A stretch of 64,000 nt of DNA, taken from contig JAZGAD010000010.1 of the NCBI GenBank assembly GCA_036444275.1, positions 1 through 64,000 on the forward strand. The letters run 5' to 3'. The notes below the pieces were generated by a model. It was not told the DNA's origin, ran no database searches, and saw only the letters and a program-made list of their open reading frames with translations. Made by a program: the position numbers and the translations under genes. Source of the stretch: Candidatus Hydrothermarchaeales archaeon (GTDB lineage: Archaea > Hydrothermarchaeota > Hydrothermarchaeia > Hydrothermarchaeales > JAZGAD01). This document shows positions 20,480 to 30,246 of the stretch, one piece after another; position 1 is the first letter of the stretch, and the number at the start of each line of letters is the position of its first letter.

Positions 20480-21361
20480 TTGCTGAATGGAGGTTTTATA
20501 TTGAAGATAACCATAGTGGGTGCTGGCAACATCGGCGCCGCTACTGCATTTTTATTATCAGAACGAAAGCTGTGCGGCCAGCTTGCCTTGATCGATGTAG
20601 TTGCTGATAAAGCCGCAGGGCTCGCTCTAGATTTGCTTCACTGTAAAGCGCAGCATGGTGTAGACATCGTTGGAGGTACTGACTACAGTTTAGCTAGAGA
20701 TTCGGATATGGTAGTGATAACCGCTGGGATACCCAGGATGCCCGGGGATAGCAGGCTTGACCTCCTTAAAAAGAACTTTGGAATAATGAAGGGAGTAATC
20801 CAAAACCTAGTACAATATACTAATGGCATAGTCTTAGTAGTATCCAATCCCGTGGATGTCCTTACCTACATAGCCTTGAAGGAATCAGGCATGGCTAAGG
20901 AAAAGGTTGTTGGCCTGGGCACAATGCTTGACACTCTCAGGCTTAGATCTTTACTCCCCGAGTCGTTGGGCATTGATCCTTCAAGTGCATTCGTCATTGG
21001 GGAGCATGGGGATAGTATGCTACCTGTATCTGGCGCAGGGGATAGGGAAGCACTACTGAAGTTTTTCAATGAGGTTCGTTTCAGCGCAGCCGAGGTCATA
21101 AGGATGAGGGGCTATACCGCTCTAGCACCTTCCATGGCTATTGCAGAGGTCGCTGAGGCAGTTGTTAGAGACCAAGGAAAGGTCCTCCCTCTTTCAGTCT
21201 ATCATGAAGAGTATGACCTATGCATAGGCGCACTAGCAAAGGTTGGTAGAGAAGGTGCTACTATGGTGAATATGAAACTCACGGAAGAAGAGGAGAGGGA
21301 TTTCCTGAAGTCCGTGCAGGTATTAAAGAAAGCACTTGCCGACTTGGGTTATCAAGCCTAG
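20480..21361 (+). CDS. mdh: LDH-like malate dehydrogenase
   Basis: GAGNIG, TAGIPRMPGDSRLDL (Arg specificity loop), SNPVD, LDTLR and GEHGDS. Confidence 0.85.
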   Translation: MLNGGFILKITIVGAGNIGAATAFLLSERKLCGQLALIDVVADKAAGLALDLLHCKAQHGVDIVGGTDYSLARDSDMVVITAGIPRMPGDSRLDLLKKNFGIMKGVIQNLVQYTNGIVLVVSNPVDVLTYIALKESGMAKEKVVGLGTMLDTLRLRSLLPESLGIDPSSAFVIGEHGDSMLPVSGAGDREALLKFFNEVRFSAAEVIRMRGYTALAPSMAIAEVAEAVVRDQGKVLPLSVYHEEYDLCIGALAKVGREGATMVNMKLTEEEERDFLKSVQVLKKALADLGYQA

Positions 21362-21438
21362 CTTTTAAACGGCTTTGGCTTCCCTACCTTTTTATATAAA
21401 ACTTAATCATAAACGCTAACTGCACTGGAGCCTTTAAT

Positions 21439-23352
21439 ATGTTGAATCTGACTCAGAAGATAATAAAGGAGCACCTCGTAGAGGGAGAGCTTCGCCCCGG
21501 AGAGGGGATCGGCATAGGGATAGATCAGACCCTGACACAAGATGCCACTGGTACGCTGACTTATCTCCAGTTCGAGGCATTAGCCCTGCCGTGTGTGAAA
21601 ACCAAGCTTTCTGTAAGCTACGTGGACCACAATACTCTTCAAACCGGCTTCGAGAATGCCGACGACCACAGGTATCTCCAGAGCGTTGCAGCTAAATATG
21701 GCATCTATTTCTCTAAGCCTGGAAACGGTATATGCCACCAGGTGCACTTGGAGAGATTTGCTGTGCCTGGCGAGACGCTGTTAGGATCGGACAGTCATAC
21801 CCCCAACGCTGGTGCACTCGGGATGCTCGCAGTAGGTGCAGGCGGCTTGGATGTGGCTATGGTTATGGCTGGTATGCCCTTTTACTTGGAGATGCCTAAG
21901 GTATTAGGCGTCAAACTTAAGGGCAAGCTCGCGCCGTGGGTAGCTGCTAAGGATGTCATTTTAGAGCTCCTTCACAGGATGGGTGTTAGTGGAGGTGTCA
22001 GCAAGATAATCGAATACTATGGCGAAGGTGTTGCTTCCCTATCGGTTACGCAGAGGGCTACCATAACCAATATGGGAGCTGAATTAGGGGCTACAAGCTC
22101 GATATTTCCGTCAGATGCCCAAACAAAGGAGTACTTGAAGAGGCAGGGACGCGCCGATGTATGGAAGCAGCTGGAGGCAGATAACGATGCCGAGTACGAT
22201 GAAATGCTGGAGATAGACCTCTCCTCTCTTGAGCCCATGATAGCCCTACCTTCGAGTCCTGGCAATGTTCGGAAGGTGAGTGAAGTAGAAGGCTTAAAAG
22301 TGCACCAAGTTCTCGTCGGCAGCTGCAATAACTCCTCCTGCAGCGATTTAATGATGACTGCAGCTGTGCTCAAGGATAGGAAGATTCATCCTGATGTGAG
22401 CTTTGCCGTATCTCCTGGCTCCAGACAGGTTCTCTTGGATATAGCTAGTAACAACTCTTTGTCTGCTATGGTAAAAGCTGGAGCTAGGATACTGGAGAGT
22501 GCATGCGATGGTTGTATAGGCATGGGGCAAGCACCCCCTACCGATGTAGTGTCCCTCCGCACTTATAACAGGAATTTTTCTGGGAGGAGCGGTACCAAGG
22601 ACGACAAGGTCTATCTATGCAGTCCTGAAGTAGCGATTGCAAGCGCTGTCAATGGCGTGCTCACAGATCCACGGAAGCTTGGAGATGCACCTAAAATAGA
22701 GCTTCCTGAGAGGTTTGATATAGATGATTCTATGATTCTGCCACCGGTTGAGAAGCCCGACGAAGTCGGGATAATCAAGGGTCCAAATATAAAGCCCTTG
22801 CCCTTGCGTGGACCCCTTGTGGATGTGCTAGTGGGTGAGGTTTTGCTTAAGGTCGGTGATAACGTGACTACCGATGCTATAATGCCTGCTGGCGCAAAGG
22901 TGCTTCCATTGAGGAGTAATATTCCTGCGATAAGCGAATATGCCTTCTCTAACGTTGCTCCGGACTTTGTGAGACGTGCAAAGGAGAAGAAAGGCGGCTT
23001 TATCGTGGGCGGTATTAATTATGGTCAAGGCTCATCTAGGGAGCATGCTGCTGTAGCACTCATGTACCTAGGGGTCAAGGCAGTTTTAGCTAAGTCCTTC
23101 GCGAGGATCCACAGGGCGAATCTCATAAACTTTGGGATAGTGCCGCTTGAGTTCGCCAATGCTGACGACTATGAGCAGGTGATGGCTGGAGACACGATAG
23201 AAATGGGAATCAAAAATGCAATTGGAAGTGGCCGAATATCGATCTTTAATAAAACAAATAAAATAAATGCTAGCTGCGACTTAAGCCCACGTGAGGCGAA
23301 AGTCCTGCTAGCTGGAGGGTTACTGAACTATACGAAGGGTTTGAGCAGGTAA
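21439..23352 (+). CDS. acn: Aconitate hydratase (single-chain ~640-aa type)
   Basis: QDATGT, DHN, GICHQ, GSDSHT, GSCNN, C.GCIG, NRNF and NYGQGSSREHA motifs. Confidence 0.92.
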   Translation: MLNLTQKIIKEHLVEGELRPGEGIGIGIDQTLTQDATGTLTYLQFEALALPCVKTKLSVSYVDHNTLQTGFENADDHRYLQSVAAKYGIYFSKPGNGICHQVHLERFAVPGETLLGSDSHTPNAGALGMLAVGAGGLDVAMVMAGMPFYLEMPKVLGVKLKGKLAPWVAAKDVILELLHRMGVSGGVSKIIEYYGEGVASLSVTQRATITNMGAELGATSSIFPSDAQTKEYLKRQGRADVWKQLEADNDAEYDEMLEIDLSSLEPMIALPSSPGNVRKVSEVEGLKVHQVLVGSCNNSSCSDLMMTAAVLKDRKIHPDVSFAVSPGSRQVLLDIASNNSLSAMVKAGARILESACDGCIGMGQAPPTDVVSLRTYNRNFSGRSGTKDDKVYLCSPEVAIASAVNGVLTDPRKLGDAPKIELPERFDIDDSMILPPVEKPDEVGIIKGPNIKPLPLRGPLVDVLVGEVLLKVGDNVTTDAIMPAGAKVLPLRSNIPAISEYAFSNVAPDFVRRAKEKKGGFIVGGINYGQGSSREHAAVALMYLGVKAVLAKSFARIHRANLINFGIVPLEFANADDYEQVMAGDTIEMGIKNAIGSGRISIFNKTNKINASCDLSPREAKVLLAGGLLNYTKGLSR

Positions 23353-23364
23353 AGGACTGCACAT

Positions 23365-23511
23365 TTATTTAGCAGCGCCGATCCTGAACATTTTCGTTCC
23401 ACAGTTAGGGCAGACTCCCTGTACTGCGGGCTTGCCATTTTTGAGAGTTACCTGCTTCGCGTCCTTTATTTCCCTTTTAGCCTTACATTTCACACAATAT
23501 CCTGTTACCAT
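23365..23511 (-). CDS. Small basic zinc-ribbon protein (DUF5679-like, 48 aa)
   Basis: Manual translation MVTGYCVKCKAKREIKDAKQVTLKNGKPAVQGVCPNCGTKMFRIGAAK; TATA-like TTTTTATA upstream on the minus strand. Confidence 0.85.
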   Translation of the reverse strand: MVTGYCVKCKAKREIKDAKQVTLKNGKPAVQGVCPNCGTKMFRIGAAK

Positions 23512-23695
23512 TTAATCAACTCGCATCTTCGTAGGCGTTATCGATATAAAAAACTTCCTATTTTGGTTTCCAGCCGCATAAAGAAATAGAGAAATAGATT
23601 TTTGACAGCATGCGATGAGGGTAGGACGAAGAACCGCAGCCTCCTCTAGCAGGCCTTGTAGTACTGGACCATTACCCCCTGTGATGCGTATAATG

Positions 23696-24106
23696 TTAAT
23701 GGTTGATTATCTTCAAAGCCTCTTCTTTAAATTCGTCAAAGTCGTTAAGGTGGTTTTCTAGGACATCAAAGACCTTTTCATCTTCTATGACTTCATAATG
23801 ATGAACCAAGATATTTCTCATCCTCTTCATACTTTTAAGATTAGCAACCGTTTTTTCTGAGAGGTCTTTGGATAATTTATCTACTGCACTTTCGTCTCCG
23901 GCAGGAAGGCCCAGCTTCTTCATCTTAACCAGCAGGTATACAACGTCCGTAACTATTTCAATTAAGAGGTGCAGCAACCTCTCGCATACCCTCTTTGTCT
24001 GGAGGCTTGACTTGTATTCCTCAAGACTTTTCGGTATTATGGACCTTAACTCCTCCAGGTAAGTGTCAAGGAGGTCCAGCTTGGTGAGAATCCTGTCCCT
24101 ATCCAA
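23696..24106 (-). CDS. HepT/DUF86 HEPN ribonuclease toxin
   Basis: RX4HXY motif MRNILVHHY; overlaps the upstream MNT gene; probable TTG start at 24106. Confidence 0.88.
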   Translation of the reverse strand: MDRDRILTKLDLLDTYLEELRSIIPKSLEEYKSSLQTKRVCERLLHLLIEIVTDVVYLLVKMKKLGLPAGDESAVDKLSKDLSEKTVANLKSMKRMRNILVHHYEVIEDEKVFDVLENHLNDFDEFKEEALKIINH

Positions 24107-24482
24107 GGGCCACACTCTCCAGATAAGCTCTGTATCTCGGGTAATAGTCCTCAAAATACCTTGAAGTTTTGATGCTTATGTCGTAGAGGGCATCTTCATC
24201 TTTGCAAAGGAGAACCTTCCCCTCTTTTAAAACCCGGATCTGTATGTAGAGAGGGAGCTCTTGATATGTGTGGATGTCCAGGTCGAACTTTCCTATGTAC
24301 TCAAGACCTTTTTTTGCCAAGTTCACCGTTTCTTCTCTGGATGGAGCAACGACCAGACAGACATCTATATCCCTGGAGGCCTCATCCCTTACATAGCTGC
24401 CGAAGAGGATGACAGCTAGGATATCCTTGTCTTTCTTCGCTTTTTTGGTGAGCTTTTGAATTTGGTCTTTTATTGGTGGCAT
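24099..24482 (-). CDS. MntA-type minimal nucleotidyltransferase antitoxin
   Basis: LFGSYVRDEASRDIDV (GS-x-DxD) motif. Confidence 0.88.
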   Translation of the reverse strand: MPPIKDQIQKLTKKAKKDKDILAVILFGSYVRDEASRDIDVCLVVAPSREETVNLAKKGLEYIGKFDLDIHTYQELPLYIQIRVLKEGKVLLCKDEDALYDISIKTSRYFEDYYPRYRAYLESVALG

Positions 24483-24563
24483 GATTGAAATTTTGCTTTG
24501 GTAGCACTTAAAAGTTGGGTTAGATGATGAGGGATGCGTATGGAATGGCCAATTACTGCGGGC

Positions 24564-24600
24564 TTGGGAAAGCTTTCCCAATTTCTTTACTCATAGTAAA
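24564..24600. promoter_or_regulatory. Palindromes between divergent mnt and abrB genes
   Basis: Perfect 18-bp TTGGGAAAGCTTTCCCAA (24564-24581) and TTTACT-CAT-AGTAAA (24586-24600). Confidence 0.5.
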
Positions 24601-24631
24601 ACTTCTTTACTTTATGTAGGCGGAAGACAAG

Positions 24632-24862
24632 ATGATTGCCAAGTCAGGGAAGATAAGTTCAAAGGGACAGATTACTCTTCCGAAGGTGTTTAGGGAGCAA
24701 TATCACCTAAAAGAGGGAAAAGAAGCACTGATGGTGCCAACGAAGGAGGGCATCCTGATAAAACACAAGAGGGAGTCTTTGAGGGGGATTCTTGTAGGAA
24801 AGATTGATACGGAAGGGTTCATTAGAGACCTCAAGAAGCTCCGGGAAGAATGGGAGCTATGA
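24632..24862 (+). CDS. AbrB/MazE/SpoVT-family DNA-binding protein (VapB-like)
   Basis: KISSKGQITLPKVFREQY.LKEG motif; ends LREEW. Confidence 0.88.
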   Translation: MIAKSGKISSKGQITLPKVFREQYHLKEGKEALMVPTKEGILIKHKRESLRGILVGKIDTEGFIRDLKKLREEWEL

Positions 24863-24935
24863 GCTATGTGGTGGATACAGTTAACTCTAACTTTCTATAC
24901 ACATGCCTAAATATAATAAAAGCAGGTTATAATGC

Positions 24936-25799
24936 ATGCAGATCGGAGTCGACATCGGTGGGACGAATATTGAAGCCGCCCTCGTAGAAAGGGGTAAAGT
25001 TACTAAAAAAGCAAAGCGCAACACCGAAGCGGATAAAGGCAGAAAAGTAGTCCTCAAAAACATCGTTGACGTGATAGCCGAGGTTTTTACCACAAGCGTA
25101 GAGGCGATAGGCGTAGGCATAGCCGGGCCATTCGATCAAAAGAAGTTCGTTATGCTTCAGTCGCCCCACATTCCCTGCCTTGTCAATTTCCCTATTAAGG
25201 ATTTTCTGGAGGAGACGTTCAAGGTCAAGGTCGCTGTCGGCAATGACGCGAGGATGTTCACTCTAGGCGTATACGAGTTTGAATATAAAGACGTCAAGGA
25301 TCTCGTAGGTCTAACGCTGGGTACCGGCGTTGGCGGCACTGCGATAATAGATGGAAAGATGGAGGAGAATCCAAGGGATACCAGTGGGGAGATAGGGCAT
25401 ATCGTTATCAAAAAAAATGGGAGGCGGTGTGGTTGCGGTGCGAGGGGTTGCATAGAGGCTTATGTTTCGGGCAGTGCAATTGAAAGGCGGTATAAGGCAT
25501 TAAGCGGCAAGTCTTTGGACGCGGAGGCGATAGCCGATAATGCAGTGAAAGGCGATAAGACAGCAAAGTGGGTTATAGAGGAGGCCGGAATTCAGCTTGT
25601 AAAGGGACTTACAAAGATTGTCGAGAAATACAGGCCAATGGTTATTGTCATCGGTGGAAGTGTGGCGAACACTGAGGATATTTTAGAAATTGCAAAAAAG
25701 GAGTTCAGGAAATTAATGCCAGATGCAAAGGTGAAGGTTGAAAAGTCTAGGCTAAAGGATGCTTCTTTGCTTGGTGCAGCGAAGTTTGCTGAAGGCTAA
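24936..25799 (+). CDS. ROK-family sugar kinase
   Basis: GVDIGGT, NDA, LTLGTGVGG, GEIGH and CGCGARGCIEAYVSG motifs. Confidence 0.92.
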   Translation: MQIGVDIGGTNIEAALVERGKVTKKAKRNTEADKGRKVVLKNIVDVIAEVFTTSVEAIGVGIAGPFDQKKFVMLQSPHIPCLVNFPIKDFLEETFKVKVAVGNDARMFTLGVYEFEYKDVKDLVGLTLGTGVGGTAIIDGKMEENPRDTSGEIGHIVIKKNGRRCGCGARGCIEAYVSGSAIERRYKALSGKSLDAEAIADNAVKGDKTAKWVIEEAGIQLVKGLTKIVEKYRPMVIVIGGSVANTEDILEIAKKEFRKLMPDAKVKVEKSRLKDASLLGAAKFAEG

Positions 25800-25854
25800 T
25801 TATGTATTCTACGCACCCGGCGCTAAATACTTCAGCGTTATTACATCATTTGCT

Positions 25855-26898
25855 CTAAAATTCCTTCCTGTGTGGTTCAACGATTACCTTGAGGGATTCC
25901 TTTGCATCGGCGACGAGTTGAAATCCCAAGCCGGTTTCTTCCAAGTTTAATCGATGCGTAATCATGTCGTGCACATTCACATCTCTCGCGCTGATCATTT
26001 CTAGAGCTTTTGCTAGATCTTGAGGGCTAGCCCCATATGAAGTCATTAATGTAACCTCGTTGCGCCAAAGTTCATTTACAGGCACAGGCAGGTCAACCCC
26101 TGGCTTTGTCGGTGCGAAGAATATAACAGTACCTCCGCGATCCACAGATTGCAAAGCCTGGGCGAAGGTGTTAGTTGCTCCAGTGCAGACGATTACACGA
26201 TCAGCAAGTGTGTTTTCATTGACTTGGCGCAAGCGGGTAGGCACATCCTCCTCTGCATGTATAACGACATCTGCTCCAAATCGCCGTGCCGCATTCAAAC
26301 GATACTCATTGATGTCCGTGGCAATTACTCTCTCTGCTCCCTTTACTCTGGCCAATTGCACATGAAGCAGTCCGGAGATGCCACTGCCTAAGACGAGTAC
26401 ACTATGGCCCTTCTTTACATTCCCTAGTCTTTGCCCCCGAAGTACGCAGGCCAGAGGCTCGATAAACGTACCATCTTCATAAGATACCTCGTCGGGTAAC
26501 AGATACACACCCCTCTCCACGTTTATTCTCGGGACACGAATGTATTCTGCGAAGCCACCTGGATCGAAGTTCGTTTTGTGTAAGGTTTCACATGCAGTAT
26601 GGTGCCCGCTCAAACAGTAGCGGCATTCGTTGCAAGGTACGTGGTGGGAAACGAAAACCCTATCACCTGTTTTATAACGCTTCACGCCATCGCCGACCTC
26701 AACTATTTCGCCTGTTACCTCGTGGCCTAGTACAAGGGGCGCCTTTTTGACCCGGTACCACTCCATAACGTCGCTGCCGCAGATGCCACTCGCCATGACC
26801 TTAAGTAATATCTCTCCAGGATTGATCTTGGGCGTTGACATCTCCTCCAGGCGCACATCTTGGTTATTGTAATACATTGCTACGCGCATGATGCCCAA
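25855..26898 (-). CDS. Zn-dependent medium-chain dehydrogenase (sorbitol/threonine DH-like)
   Basis: GICGSD, LGHE.TG, C..C.YC..G.HTAC, EPLAC and GSGISG motifs. Confidence 0.9.
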   Translation of the reverse strand: MGIMRVAMYYNNQDVRLEEMSTPKINPGEILLKVMASGICGSDVMEWYRVKKAPLVLGHEVTGEIVEVGDGVKRYKTGDRVFVSHHVPCNECRYCLSGHHTACETLHKTNFDPGGFAEYIRVPRINVERGVYLLPDEVSYEDGTFIEPLACVLRGQRLGNVKKGHSVLVLGSGISGLLHVQLARVKGAERVIATDINEYRLNAARRFGADVVIHAEEDVPTRLRQVNENTLADRVIVCTGATNTFAQALQSVDRGGTVIFFAPTKPGVDLPVPVNELWRNEVTLMTSYGASPQDLAKALEMISARDVNVHDMITHRLNLEETGLGFQLVADAKESLKVIVEPHRKEF

Positions 26899-27432
26899 TT
26901 AGTCGCCCAGATAAAAGAAATTTGTGGTCGGAATGCTTTGCTTGTCGTTGCTATCTAAATAAAGGAGTCCTTCCTTGCTGCAAGGATAACTTTTTTTTAA
27001 TTTTTGTACCTGATTAAATTAATGTTATATGGTCAGCAGATAGCAAGCCGCTTGCAAGGGCATAATATATAAAAAATCCTCAACTAAACAATCAGAACCT
27101 TCATACTCGCTTAAGCACGAGGATCACCGCGTGAAATGAATACTTTTAATTCGCTGCCTCTGTAGGTGCAGGAGCCCAAATTATATTCTTTTTTTAGGTT
27201 ATAGAATCCAGCATGACAAAATTGACACTCATCTATTCAACTATGTAAACCGAATGTATATGCCTCGCAAATGGCTATAGTAACTACAAAGAGAGATTCG
27301 GGATTAAGAGGTTTAAAAATACAGCCACTAAGATAAACGTGATCCTGAGCATATGCCGTGAGGGAGAAATGTTAAGAGGAAAGAAAATCGCGGCACGATT
27401 GGAAAGGCAGAGTCCGCGGAGGGGTAGATGAG

Positions 27433-30084
27433 ATGGCTGAAGGGCAAAGCGATGTGGATGTAATATTCTCGAAGGCGACTGAGCTTCACAACAAGGGTGA
27501 TCTAAAAAAGGCCGCGCAACTCTACCACGAGGTTTTAGAAATAGATGAAAGCAACGCTAAGGCTTACGTCTTATTGGCTAATATCCTTTATTACTCTGGT
27601 GAGTCTATAGAGGCGGAGGAGTACTGTCTTAAGGCGATAGAGGTAGACCCAGATTACGCTATGGCGTATTTCAACATTGGCGTGATTAAACAGGATAAGG
27701 GGGACCTTGATGGGGCTGTGGAATTCTATGAAAAAGCCATCGAGAATAACTCAGAATACCCTCAAGCATACTACAACCTTGGGGCCCTACTCAGGGATAA
27801 AGGTGATCTCTTCGAGGCGTTCAAAAATTTCAAGAAGGCCCTGGACCTAGATAAAAACGCCACGATATCGAAGGAGGAGATGGAAAAGATCTTCGATAGG
27901 GTTCAAAATGAGGTGATGAGGAGGGAGATAATAAGGGATGCAGAAGAGCTTCTTATGGAAGGGGGGGTGATGGAGAAAGAAGGCGATCTAGAGATGGCGG
28001 TGGAGTTCTACAAGCGCGCCATAAAACTGAATCCAGAGTCTATAATCGCTTGTTACCTGCTGGGCATGGTATATGAGAAACTAGGGGATATGAGGCTTGC
28101 TCTTGAAACCTATAACCGCATATTGGACATTGACCCAGATGTTGGCCTCAGGGATGCATCCCTCGAATCAATCAAATTACTAAAGCACCTCACCGGCGTT
28201 CCTTTGCTTAGCATTGAGGATTTATCAAAGACTGCTGAGGCATTCCAGCATCGTCTTCGTGAAAAGCCCAGAGAGATGCTTTCATTCAGGGATTTCATCA
28301 CAGAAGCCAAGTCGGAAGGACTAGAGTATTTTCTCAAGCAAGGGATAAAGGTGGAATCCCAAGGTGATATAGATGAGGCCATCAAGGAGTACAAAAGGGC
28401 GATAGAGGCTAATCCTAGGGCCTCCCTTCCGTATTACCTGCTGGGGTTGTGCTTCGAATCCACGGACGATATGGACGGCGCTATTGAGAATTATCAAAAG
28501 GCAGCAGCTCTCGATTCTAATTTATCGACTAACGATTCTTGGGTGTTGAGTGCTCTTTTATCCGATAATCTCGGTGGCATAACGATGAATGCATATGAAT
28601 GCTTTGAGACATTAAACAACTTCAAGAAATCCGCTGGCAAGAAAGAGGGAGGTTCTTTGGTAGCATTCGCCAAGAAACGTATCAGCAGAAAATCCGTAGA
28701 GGAGCTGAAAAAGGGATATCTCCTGGATTCTGGTGGAAATGCGAGTGGTGCTTTACAGAAATTCAGGGAGGCGGTTAGGATAGACCCCAACAACGCCATA
28801 GCATACGTTATCCTCGGGCTAGCTCAGGAGAGCCTAGAGGTCCCAGATGAGGCGATGAAGCAGTATACGAAGATGGATGAGCTCGATTTCAACAGTGCTA
28901 GCAGGGATGTCCCAGATGCGGTTTTAGACATCGTAAACGAATATATGACAAGGACCACAGCTAGTGGGCATAGGGTGGGGTCGGTTCTGACCAAGTACAT
29001 AGAGCTGGTTGTAAAAAATCCTGATAAGATGCTCGAACTCCTAGATTATATCGAGGACATAAAACTGGATTCAATCTCGAGTATAATACGCGGGCATCTA
29101 AAGGACGAAGTAGTACCGAAAGAAGGTGGAAGGATAATAAAGGATGTTGAGGACTTCCGGGTTGAAGCAGCGGAGAGACAGAAGGAGGTACCCAAGCAGG
29201 TTGGCGTGGGAGCTGATATGGTTTCCTTTATTTGGAAGTACAAAACTGCTAGGACGATAAAAAGCATCGCTATTGATTCGCATGGGAGTAGCACACTAGC
29301 AGGTTCGGAGACTGGCGTGCTATACCACCTCGATAAAAATGGTGGTCTACTGAGGAAGCTTCAGATGGAGGCCGCAGTTATCGACCTAGATGTATCTCAC
29401 GATGCGGCCCAAGCGGTAGTCGCGCTTCAGAATGGTGTAGTGAGACAAATAGATTTGAAAAAGGGCGAGGTCCTATGGGAGATAGACTTATCGAAGAATA
29501 GCCCTCGGAGCGTAGCCGTCTCCAAGGATGGAAAGCATGTGGCAGTTGGATTGCAGGATTCCCATATAGCCAAGCTATCGAGGGGTCGGGTTGAATGGAT
29601 GCGCGCTACGAGGGGCTTCATATCGGGGGTTGGTATATCTAAGGATGGTCGGATCATAGTAGGTGCCTCCGATGAAGGCAACCTTTACGTAATAAAGGAA
29701 GGAGTTGATCTAACGCCCGATGAAGAGTTCATTTCCCTCCATAAGCCCCTGAGGACGATGGCAATATCGCCCGATGGGAAGTATGTAGCTGCCAGCACGG
29801 ATGATGGAGACGTTTACCTATTCGACGAGAAGAAGAATGTCCTTTGGAAGCGTGAACTTGGGCAAATAGCCTATGGTTTATGCGTATCCAAAGACGCTAG
29901 GCACGTAGTAGTTGGGTTGTCTAATGGTAAGGCTTTACTCCACGATCGTGAAGGGAGATCGTTATGGGAATATTCCAGTGGGGACAATATTTGGGATGTT
30001 GATATCAGCGAGGACGGAAAAAGCATCGTCTTAGGATGTGGGCTCGTCTTTGGCGGTGTTTACCTGCTGAAGTCAACCGTATGA
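27433..30084 (+). CDS. TPR-repeat protein with C-terminal WD40/PQQ-like beta-propeller
   Basis: Many TPRs (AYFNIG, AYYNLG, YYLLG) followed by blades such as ISPDGKYVAA, VSKDGKHVAV and ISEDGKSIV. Confidence 0.85.
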   Translation: MAEGQSDVDVIFSKATELHNKGDLKKAAQLYHEVLEIDESNAKAYVLLANILYYSGESIEAEEYCLKAIEVDPDYAMAYFNIGVIKQDKGDLDGAVEFYEKAIENNSEYPQAYYNLGALLRDKGDLFEAFKNFKKALDLDKNATISKEEMEKIFDRVQNEVMRREIIRDAEELLMEGGVMEKEGDLEMAVEFYKRAIKLNPESIIACYLLGMVYEKLGDMRLALETYNRILDIDPDVGLRDASLESIKLLKHLTGVPLLSIEDLSKTAEAFQHRLREKPREMLSFRDFITEAKSEGLEYFLKQGIKVESQGDIDEAIKEYKRAIEANPRASLPYYLLGLCFESTDDMDGAIENYQKAAALDSNLSTNDSWVLSALLSDNLGGITMNAYECFETLNNFKKSAGKKEGGSLVAFAKKRISRKSVEELKKGYLLDSGGNASGALQKFREAVRIDPNNAIAYVILGLAQESLEVPDEAMKQYTKMDELDFNSASRDVPDAVLDIVNEYMTRTTASGHRVGSVLTKYIELVVKNPDKMLELLDYIEDIKLDSISSIIRGHLKDEVVPKEGGRIIKDVEDFRVEAAERQKEVPKQVGVGADMVSFIWKYKTARTIKSIAIDSHGSSTLAGSETGVLYHLDKNGGLLRKLQMEAAVIDLDVSHDAAQAVVALQNGVVRQIDLKKGEVLWEIDLSKNSPRSVAVSKDGKHVAVGLQDSHIAKLSRGRVEWMRATRGFISGVGISKDGRIIVGASDEGNLYVIKEGVDLTPDEEFISLHKPLRTMAISPDGKYVAASTDDGDVYLFDEKKNVLWKRELGQIAYGLCVSKDARHVVVGLSNGKALLHDREGRSLWEYSSGDNIWDVDISEDGKSIVLGCGLVFGGVYLLKSTV

Positions 30085-30136
30085 TCGCTCACTCTGAAAA
30101 AAAGATTTAAGATTATCAGCTTCTAAAACCATTTTT

Positions 30137-30209
30137 GGGCCCGTAATCTAGTGGCTATGACGTCAGTCTCACATACTGATGGCTCCCGCTTCGAATCGGG
30201 GCGGGCCTA
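30137..30209 (+). tRNA. tRNA-Val(CAC), atypical T arm
   Basis: Acceptor GGGCCCG/CGGGCCT, anticodon arm TCAGT-CT CAC AT-ACTGA, TTCGAAT loop. The T stem CCCGC/CGGGG pairs imperfectly. Confidence 0.75.
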
Positions 30210-30246
30210 TAATCGGCAAATAGTTTTGTAGCAAAAAGGAGAATAT

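Noticed and set aside
26900-27430. Long intergenic region considered as an ncRNA or replication origin
   Set aside because: I could not identify a convincing structure, ORB-like repeats or an adjacent cdc6.
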